A stretch of DNA of 64,000 nt, from positions 2,546-66,545 of the forward strand of contig JAMCRD010000006.1 in the NCBI GenBank assembly GCA_023380475.1, in the 5' to 3' direction. The DNA is from Patescibacteria group bacterium (GTDB lineage: Bacteria > Patescibacteriota > Minisyncoccia > UBA6257 > Colwellbacteraceae). The position numbers and the translations under genes were made by a program. The notes under the pieces are model-generated. The model was not told the DNA's origin. It did no database searches and worked only from the letters and a program-made list of their open reading frames with translations. Below, in pieces: positions 57,798 through 64,000 of the stretch. How positions within the stretch are numbered: the stretch's first letter is position 1; every line of letters begins with the position of its first letter.

Positions 57798-58070
57798 TTA
57801 TTTCAATCCGAGTTTCTTGGTAACAGCAGCGTAGGTTTTTGGGTTCCTATCTTCCAAATATTTAAGTAGTTTGCGTCGCTTGCTTACCATGCCCAAAAGA
57901 CCCCGACGAGAATGGTTGTCTTTGGGGTGTTTCTTTAAGTGAGCAGTCAATTCATCAATTTGCCGACTTAATAGCGCGATCTGTACTGCAGTCGAACCAG
58001 TATCGGCGTCGTGAGAACGGTGCTCGCCTATCACGTTTTGCTTCTGACGAGAAGTTAACATTCGGAGCAA
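57798..58070 (-). CDS. rpsO: 30S ribosomal protein S15
   Basis: 90 aa; DTGSTAVQIALLSRQIDELTAHLKKHPKDNHSRRGLL conserved S15 core. Confidence 0.9.
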   Translation of the reverse strand: MLRMLTSRQKQNVIGEHRSHDADTGSTAVQIALLSRQIDELTAHLKKHPKDNHSRRGLLGMVSKRRKLLKYLEDRNPKTYAAVTKKLGLK

Positions 58071-58115
58071 CTATATCAGCTTTTAGGCTGGCCGTCAAAG
58101 TTTTGTTGTCGTATA

Positions 58116-59024
58116 ATGCCGTTAATGGCGAAACTGGAAGAGCTATTGCACGAATACTTAGATTACTTATCCATCGAAAAAAACCGCTCCGCGCTCACGA
58201 GGCGGAGCTATGAACACTGCCTTAAAAAATTCATCGAATGCTCCGGAGCCAGGACAGTCGATGACCTCAGCGAAAAAACCATCCGCGATTTTCGAGTGAA
58301 GATATCCGATCCTGAATCTCATATGAAGAAGGGCACGCAAGCCTACTATGTAATAGTGCTGCGCAATTTCCTTAAGTATCTAATAAAAAGAGGGATCAAC
58401 GTCGTATCTCCTGAAGCAGTGGAGCTACCCAAGATCCCTATACGCCAGATCCAGGTGATGGAATATAGTGACCTGGAACGACTGCTCGACGCGCCAAAAG
58501 GGGAGAGCCTGAGAGTGGTGCGCGACCGAGCTATACTAGAATTATTATTCTCGACTGGACTCAGGATATCAGAGTTGTGTGCGCTTGATAGGTCTCTACC
58601 CATTGACCGCGGCGAATTTACTGTGCGCGGCAAGGGAGAAAAACTGCGTGTCGTATTCGTCTCCGACCGAGCCAAGAAAGCTTTGAAAGACTACATAAGC
58701 AAGAGAGCTGACGCAGAACCGGCGTTATTCATAAGCCTATCAAAGGGGTCAAAGCCCAAGGTTCTAGGCCGGGTTACACCCAGAGCAGTGCAGCGCCTAG
58801 TATCTTTCTATGCCCGTGCAGCCGGCATACCCAGACATGTGACTCCCCATCAATTGAGACACCAGTTTGCAACCGATCTGCTTATGAACGGGGCCGATAT
58901 ACGTTCGGTACAGGAATTATTGGGTCACGCGAATATTTCGACCACGCAGGTCTATACACACGTTACCAATAAAGAGCTAAAAGAGGTCCATCGCGCCTTT
59001 CACGCGCGACGGCGCAAGGAATGA
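58116..59024 (+). CDS. tyrosine site-specific recombinase XerC/XerD-like
   Basis: 302 aa; N-terminal SAM-like core-binding domain; catalytic R...HxxR...Y (HQLRHQFATD, LGHANISTTQVYTHV). Confidence 0.85.
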   Translation: MPLMAKLEELLHEYLDYLSIEKNRSALTRRSYEHCLKKFIECSGARTVDDLSEKTIRDFRVKISDPESHMKKGTQAYYVIVLRNFLKYLIKRGINVVSPEAVELPKIPIRQIQVMEYSDLERLLDAPKGESLRVVRDRAILELLFSTGLRISELCALDRSLPIDRGEFTVRGKGEKLRVVFVSDRAKKALKDYISKRADAEPALFISLSKGSKPKVLGRVTPRAVQRLVSFYARAAGIPRHVTPHQLRHQFATDLLMNGADIRSVQELLGHANISTTQVYTHVTNKELKEVHRAFHARRRKE

Positions 59025-59075
59025 ACAAACCGAAGAAATGCTGGTTGGGACAAGATCGGCGTATCGCCGCTGCAG

Positions 59076-59106
59076 GATATAATTAGGTATAAGATATAAT
59101 TAGGTA
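59076..59106. repeat. tandem direct repeat 2 x GATATAATTAGGTA
   Basis: Seen directly in the xer-to-59136 intergenic region; 17-bp period. Confidence 0.5.
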
Positions 59107-59135
59107 AAGGTCGATATCGTAAAAACAAAACTATA

Positions 59136-59687
59136 ATGAGGAAATACCAGATACCTTTGGCAATAATATCTGTAGTTGCTATCACGGCCTTTGCTGTTGT
59201 AGGCAGTGGTATCGCTTCCGCCGACGATAACGGCAACGGCGTCGGCAGCGTAGTGAGAAATTCAGCTGCGAATGTGGTAGGCGAAACAGTGAGCGCCTCG
59301 GAGACGGAAGGCAATGGCAACTCCAATTTAGGGCTCGGCGGCAGTTCCTTAGAGATAGGAGGCAGTGGCAACGTGACATTAAACGGTGGCAAGTTAACCG
59401 CCGTTTCTGGAGACAATTTGGCTGTAAGTGTTTTTGGTCTTAGTGTAAACGTTTCGTTGGCATCCACTACCAACTATGTAGGTGCAACGACTAGTTCCGC
59501 AGTCACTTCTGCCAATGTCGGTGATACGATTGATCTGACTGGTGCAATTGATAGCTCGACTGGCGTTATAACAGCACGGACGTTCCGGGATGAGACGCTT
59601 CAGCAACAGAACGTGGCGAGTATCCAAGCGCAGATCCAGAAGTTACTACAACTGTTACAGCAATTGCGAACTCAAGCTGGGATGTAG
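59136..59687 (+). CDS. secreted Gly/Ser/Asn-rich protein
   Basis: Signal peptide (MRKYQIPLAIISVVAITAFAVVGSGIASA); repetitive G/S/N/V-rich body; Gln-rich C-terminus. Confidence 0.5.
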   Translation: MRKYQIPLAIISVVAITAFAVVGSGIASADDNGNGVGSVVRNSAANVVGETVSASETEGNGNSNLGLGGSSLEIGGSGNVTLNGGKLTAVSGDNLAVSVFGLSVNVSLASTTNYVGATTSSAVTSANVGDTIDLTGAIDSSTGVITARTFRDETLQQQNVASIQAQIQKLLQLLQQLRTQAGM

Positions 59688-59721
59688 GCCGATTGGAGAA
59701 AAGAAGGTCAGCTTATCAAAG

Positions 59722-59750
59722 AACCGTCTCTTATGAGACGGTTTTTTGAT
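59722..59750 (+). terminator. rho-independent terminator
   Basis: AACCGTCTC-TTAT-GAGACGGTT followed by TTTTGATT. Confidence 0.6.
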
Positions 59751-59754
59751 TCTA

Positions 59755-59836
59755 GTGAGCGAGGTGGGACTCGAACCCACAACCCTTACGGGACAGCGTC
59801 CTAAGCGCTGCGCGTATGCCGATTCCGCCACTCGCC
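59755..59836 (-). tRNA. tRNA-Leu(TAG), type II with long variable arm
   Basis: Minus strand: acceptor GGGCGAG/CTCGCTC, anticodon stem CAGCG/CGCTG with loop CTTAGGA, variable hairpin CCCGTAAGGG, T loop GGTTCGAGTCC. Confidence 0.8.
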
Positions 59837-60530
59837 CTAAAATTGTGCTGCTTTATTGTATTTCCGCTCCAGGTAATACTCAATATTTGGATAGTAAATA
59901 AATCTTATAAGTTTAATGGAGTCGTTTTTTTGCATAAACTAGACTGTTTGCCCTAACTCCTTTTTGGATCCATCCGCAAAAAGTCGGCGAAATATTCATT
60001 TGGTATTTTTAGTGATTTAATCGTCTTTGATTTAGCCTGCGTTAAACCAATTAAGTTGAGAAACTCATAAAAGTTTTTATCTCCAAATTGTACATAGAAG
60101 TATTTCTTTTCTCCGTTTTTTCTCTTGCCTTACACCCCATACTATTTTTTATACCGAGGCATTTCTTAAAAGCAATTACTATCTGCTCGTCTCTTGATGT
60201 GATATTAATATGCCTACCATCTTTCGACAGATTGCCATCAGTCGCTATAAGTCCTATAGCATAGGCAAATCCAGGAGATTATTGGATTTTTACTCTACTC
60301 AATCGTTTCGTTTTTACATTATACTAAGCCACTTAGTGTATGCCATTTCATGGCTTGCGCTACCCTGGGGGTGATTCCAAACTATTGAACCATTACGATA
60401 GGTTGATAAATAGACTATTTTATTGTCTTATGTAGGCACGGACAAACGTCGATTGTTCGTTAAAAAGAACACAACAACGGTGCCAGATAAGTCAAAAACA
60501 TGACTTAAACTTGGTATCCGTAAAAAATGT

Positions 60531-61196
60531 ATGCGAAAAGCATTACAGTCAGCGCGAAGAGTAGTACAATCATTCCTCAAGGCTCTATTTCCAGGGTTCA
60601 CAGATAAACGCTTCTGGGGATCTGTTAAGATCACGTACATCTTTGTGTATCTTCCCATCGGCATCCTACTGGTGTTGCTGAATGGATTTTTCTCAGCCAT
60701 ATTTCTGATTTATGCCGCAGTCGGTGTTGCGACAATTTTGGTGGGCGCTAGGTTAAGTTGCACAGACGAGACAATCAAAACATCCCGCTCTCAGGAAACG
60801 ACGAAGTGGGTGATAGCAATCCTTATTGCACTAGCGATACTTGGTTCCGTAAGAGGAGCATTCTCATTCGTCTGCGAGAACGTACAGGCAAATGCGTATC
60901 CTGAAGGGATAACCTTAGGATGGAATCGCAACTGCGTATCATTTGAACTCAACGGCGGCGAAATGTCGCCTTGGATATATGCTCCACTGCATTCATACTA
61001 TATCTTCACGTCATACGATCATAAGCCATTCACGGTATTCTACGGCGATGGATCCCATTATCACCTTGGAGTAAATCAGAACCTTGATTTTGGCACCAGC
61101 ACATCCGACCACTTCAGATTTATGCCTGACGGAAACGGCACGGAGATCGTGATAGCACTGACAAGCGCGTCGACGCTGACAAATACCCCGAACTGA
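60531..61196 (+). CDS. hypothetical membrane protein
   Basis: 221 aa; two or three TM helices then a soluble domain; overlapping minus-strand ORF 60428-60700 considered spurious. Confidence 0.4.
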   Translation: MRKALQSARRVVQSFLKALFPGFTDKRFWGSVKITYIFVYLPIGILLVLLNGFFSAIFLIYAAVGVATILVGARLSCTDETIKTSRSQETTKWVIAILIALAILGSVRGAFSFVCENVQANAYPEGITLGWNRNCVSFELNGGEMSPWIYAPLHSYYIFTSYDHKPFTVFYGDGSHYHLGVNQNLDFGTSTSDHFRFMPDGNGTEIVIALTSASTLTNTPN

Positions 61197-61223
61197 TCGG
61201 GGTATTTATTTTCAGCGACATTT

Positions 61224-61262
61224 AAAGCCACCGGTTGCGGTGGCTTTAAATTGATTATTTTT
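61224..61262 (+). terminator. hairpin followed by T-tract
   Basis: AAAGCCACCG-GTTG-CGGTGGCTTT then AAATTGATTATTTTTTATT. Confidence 0.4.
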
Positions 61263-61269
61263 TATTGCT

Positions 61270-61623
61270 CTACAGAATGCTGCCGACTAAGGTCGGTATG
61301 CTGTAGGCCAGAACGGCGACTATTATGGCAATAATGCCGTACATCAATCTGTTTTTAGCCTCCTTAATCTTCTCTTCATTACCAGCTGCGGTTAAGTACA
61401 CAAATGCAGCCCACAAGAAGAAAAACATAGCAATTATAAAGAAGAGCGAGTAGGCGTAACCCAGTAAGGTATTCAAAATACCAGTAACACCCGAATACCC
61501 ATTAATGTTCACTGGCTGAGGGGTCTGAGTATTAGGATAGTATATGGTCTGGGCCAAGGCCGCCGGCATTGCCGCTACACTTGAAATTATTGACGCAACT
61601 ATTACTCCCAGTTTCTTGTTCAT
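61270..61623 (-). CDS. TrbC/VirB2-like pilin family protein
   Basis: 117 aa; signal peptide ...AMPAALA|QT, then two hydrophobic helices separated by a short charged loop (TAAGNEEKIKEAKNR), the classic VirB2 topology. Confidence 0.55.
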   Translation of the reverse strand: MNKKLGVIVASIISSVAAMPAALAQTIYYPNTQTPQPVNINGYSGVTGILNTLLGYAYSLFFIIAMFFFLWAAFVYLTAAGNEEKIKEAKNRLMYGIIAIIVAVLAYSIPTLVGSIL

Positions 61624-61689
61624 AATCTATAAACGCGGTTTCGACCTTTTATAAGATTCAATCCTTCGACACTAATCTTAATTTGCCAA

Positions 61690-61719
61690 AGTATAACACA
61701 ATTGGGAGCCTGTGTCCAA
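61690..61719 (-). promoter_or_regulatory. sigma-70-like promoter for pilin gene (TTGGAC-18-TGTTATACT)
   Basis: Minus-strand -35 TTGGAC and extended -10 TGtTATACT about 60 nt upstream of ATG 61623. Confidence 0.45.
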
Positions 61720-61762
61720 AAAACAGTTACGCATCAGTGTTGCGACGCACAAACCTGCAATC

Positions 61763-62110
61763 TTATTTTGGGCCCAAAGTAGTTTGTATAACGGAAACCA
61801 ATCCGGCAGCGATCAAAACCAGAGCGTAACCGGCTATGGCCCATAGCACAGTCTTGCGTCCGACAGCAAAATTATCCGGATTGCCTCCGGCGGTGAGCAT
61901 TCTGAACGCTCCGTATAAGACCATTATGATGGCTACCGTAGGGGCAATATACGTCACAAAGTAGTTTGTAATGACATTGACCAACTGGCCGAAGTTGTTT
62001 ATGCCGCTCCCCGCGAGCGGGTTGGAAATCGGCAATGCGCCTTGCGATCCGCCGGGACTACCAGTCCCAGCTTGCGCGTAAACCTTACTTATCAAAAATT
62101 GCATTGTCAT
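61763..62110 (-). CDS. TrbC/VirB2-like pilin family protein (paralog 2)
   Basis: 115 aa; signal-like N-terminus, two TM helices flanking a TAGGNPDNFAVGRK loop. Confidence 0.5.
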   Translation of the reverse strand: MTMQFLISKVYAQAGTGSPGGSQGALPISNPLAGSGINNFGQLVNVITNYFVTYIAPTVAIIMVLYGAFRMLTAGGNPDNFAVGRKTVLWAIAGYALVLIAAGLVSVIQTTLGPK

Positions 62111-62111
62111 T

Positions 62112-62471
62112 TCAAGAACAACTTAGTGCGCTCCAGGGTGCCACCGAGACATTGGCACCAACAATGTTCAGCACGGTGTTTATAATCAGCCATGCACCAA
62201 AGACTATTATAACACCTACCAAGGCTGCGATTATAGCGTCCCGTCCAGTTTTAAGCTTATCCGGTTCGCCGCCGCCAGTCATTATCACAAAGCCTCCATA
62301 GACTATGACGATTGTGGCAATCGGTACGGATATAGTGAGAGCGAAATTCAATACGTTCTGAAATAGTTGCAACAGGCCACACCAACTGTTGGTGTCCTGT
62401 GGGACCAAGGGCCCCCAGAAGCCTATTGTCAGCGCCAACTTCTTACTCTGATGGACCACGTCTTTATTCAT
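62112..62471 (-). CDS. TrbC/VirB2-like pilin family protein (paralog 3)
   Basis: 119 aa; two TM helices flanking a TGGGEPDKLKTGRD loop, paralogous to 61763-62110. Confidence 0.5.
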   Translation of the reverse strand: MNKDVVHQSKKLALTIGFWGPLVPQDTNSWCGLLQLFQNVLNFALTISVPIATIVIVYGGFVIMTGGGEPDKLKTGRDAIIAALVGVIIVFGAWLIINTVLNIVGANVSVAPWSALSCS

Positions 62472-62474
62472 TGT

Positions 62475-63776
62475 TTACTGTCCGGTCCCCAAGCTGTTAA
62501 CTGACGTCTCGGCGACTTGCAACGCTCGGTTCACCGACGCAGATTTATTCAGCACTGATTCTATCATATTGCTAAATATAGTAGAAACGGCATCCGAATC
62601 CGGCTGCACCCAGTCTTCGGCCGTCAAAGCCTGGGAAGCGTATGGCCCAAGGGTGGCGTTGCTTTGATACTGGGCGATAAGCGATCGCAGTGCCGGTGGC
62701 CGGCCGCTTGATGCGGCATAGCTGTCGGCCACACTCTGGTTGGTTGTGACGAAGTTTATGAAATCCCAAGCCTCGGTCGGATACTGGCTCTCCCTCGATA
62801 CCGCCAGCCCCCAATAGTCGGGGTAATTGACTTGGCTGCTTAGACTGAACTGAGGCATAGCTGAAACGCCCAAGTTTATATTTGGATTCTGGGATTTGAT
62901 CTGTGGTATCTGTGAAGCATAACCAAGGAACATCGCACTCTTGCCACTGGCGAAAGAATTTAAGGCAGATCCAGTCGGGTCATACCACGTGTAGTATGTA
63001 CCGCCAGGCACAGCAAACTTGGTGTAAAAAGATAGAGCCGCCTGCCCTTGTTGGCTCGCGAATGTTGCCTGCCCCGTGTTGGGGTCTAGCATCTGCGTAC
63101 CCTCCTGCAAGAAAAGAAGGTTGAGGATGTCAGTCGCGTTAGCCATGCTATTTAACGTACCACCTAAAGCCACTGCCGGTCGGGTAATTATGCCGTAAGT
63201 TTCCTTTCGCGTCTGAAGCACAACTTTTTCAAACTGGCTCCAAGTCGCGGGCGGTACAGCTATGCCGCTTTGATTAAAAATATCACGATTATAAATAAGA
63301 GCCAGCGTATCTATTGATAGAGGCATAGCATAAATATGGCCTCCGTTCACAAAGTCGTTGGTAGCTACTTGGGGGAAAATACTCTCAAAGGTGCTGGCAC
63401 TGATAAGAGAACTCGGGGCCGGTACCACAATATTGTTGTGCTTAGGCAACCAAGAGTTATTAAACATGAAGATATCAGGGCCTTGGCCGGCCGCTAAAGC
63501 GTTTATTAACTTTGACTCGTAGCTAGCCTGATCAAGTTGAGTGTAACTGACGGAGATATTGGGATAGGTTTTCTCAAAAGCCTGAACACTTGGGCCCCAA
63601 ACACTCCCATTATCACCAACGCCCCAGACTGTAAGACTGGCTGATGGACCGCTGCGGCGCAGTCCCGGGATAACACCCAAAAAGACCAGCAGGAAAAACA
63701 AGACAACAAAACCGATTATGCCTATGATTATTTTCTGCTGTTTAGTAAACATCAGCAGTATTGTAACGCTGACCAC
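62475..63776 (-). CDS. ABC transporter extracellular solute-binding protein (family 1, sugar-type)
   Basis: 433 aa; N-terminal TM/signal anchor; MalE-like SBP core; start may be internal Met (MFTKQQK). Confidence 0.7.
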   Translation of the reverse strand: MVSVTILLMFTKQQKIIIGIIGFVVLFFLLVFLGVIPGLRRSGPSASLTVWGVGDNGSVWGPSVQAFEKTYPNISVSYTQLDQASYESKLINALAAGQGPDIFMFNNSWLPKHNNIVVPAPSSLISASTFESIFPQVATNDFVNGGHIYAMPLSIDTLALIYNRDIFNQSGIAVPPATWSQFEKVVLQTRKETYGIITRPAVALGGTLNSMANATDILNLLFLQEGTQMLDPNTGQATFASQQGQAALSFYTKFAVPGGTYYTWYDPTGSALNSFASGKSAMFLGYASQIPQIKSQNPNINLGVSAMPQFSLSSQVNYPDYWGLAVSRESQYPTEAWDFINFVTTNQSVADSYAASSGRPPALRSLIAQYQSNATLGPYASQALTAEDWVQPDSDAVSTIFSNMIESVLNKSASVNRALQVAETSVNSLGTGQ

Positions 63777-63779
63777 ACC

Positions 63780-64000
63780 TTAAATACAGGTGGTGCCGGC
63801 TATCGAATCGCCCGCCGCAACTTTCATAATCCTCACACCCTGGGCGGCGCGTCCTGTTTCTCTTATTGTCGCCAGTTTGGTACGGATAATCTGTCCACGT
63901 GAAGAAGCAGCGAATAATTCCATCTCTTCGGTGACAATGTGTGCTGAGACAACCGCCCCCGTCTTGGGATTAACTTTAGCGGTTAGTATCCCCTGACCAC
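63780..64000 (-). CDS. gyrA: DNA gyrase subunit A, C-terminal fragment (gene continues beyond window)
   Basis: Minus-strand translation ...SRGQIIRTKLATIRETGRAAQGVRIMKVAAGDSIAGTTCI* matches a GyrA/ParC C-terminal beta-pinwheel blade; stop at 63780-63782. Confidence 0.55.
   Translation of the reverse strand, partial: GQGILTAKVNPKTGAVVSAHIVTEEMELFAASSRGQIIRTKLATIRETGRAAQGVRIMKVAAGDSIAGTTCI

Noticed and set aside
60428-60700. 90-aa minus-strand ORF
   Set aside because: Overlaps the start of the better-supported 221-aa membrane protein ORF on the plus strand; no motif support.
1-64000. CRISPR arrays, rRNA genes, group I/II introns
   Set aside because: No spaced direct-repeat arrays, no rRNA-like conserved stretches, and no intron domain V-like motifs were seen anywhere in the window.

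Overview
This 64-kb window is densely coded bacterial chromosome at roughly 50% GC. Its gene content is consistent with a small-genome bacterium, possibly Patescibacteria (CPR)-like; that is an inference.

Housekeeping genes: rny, hup, clpB, htrA, a cysteine desulfurase, ftsK, a rodZ-like gene, recA, folD, glyA, truB, tyrS, clpP, an H+-pyrophosphatase, nusA, pnp, rpsO and a xerC/D-like gene. The window ends in the 3' end of gyrA.

RNA genes: eleven tRNAs are scattered through the window. I found no rRNA and no CRISPR array.

Accessory content:
- A roughly 10-kb glycan-biosynthesis cluster: a Wzx-like flippase, three glycosyltransferases, a methyltransferase, an epimerase, a HAD hydrolase, an ATP-grasp enzyme, a Gfo/Idh/MocA oxidoreductase and a DegT aminotransferase.
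- An RmlC/RmlD-like sugar-nucleotide module.
- A DsbA plus VKOR pair next to an ABC-2 exporter.
- An ECF sigma factor operon.
- Three tandem VirB2/TrbC-like pilin paralogs.

The standout region is 26.1-28.8 kb. A large serine recombinase gene and an AT-rich two-gene cassette sit between two tRNA pairs, inside a set of nested, essentially perfect inverted repeats of 99, 89, 24 and 20 bp. The 20-bp repeat bounds a 235-bp segment flanked by identical 20-nt leaders on two divergent start codons. I read this as a candidate recombinase-driven DNA-inversion (phase-variation or shufflon-like) module, or an integrative module.

Other points worth a second look:
- An orphan promoter-to-terminator unit of about 300 nt with no ORF (45.6-45.9 kb).
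- A NYN/LabA nuclease gene inserted between rpsO and pnp.
- An AT-rich degraded stretch after tRNA-Leu.
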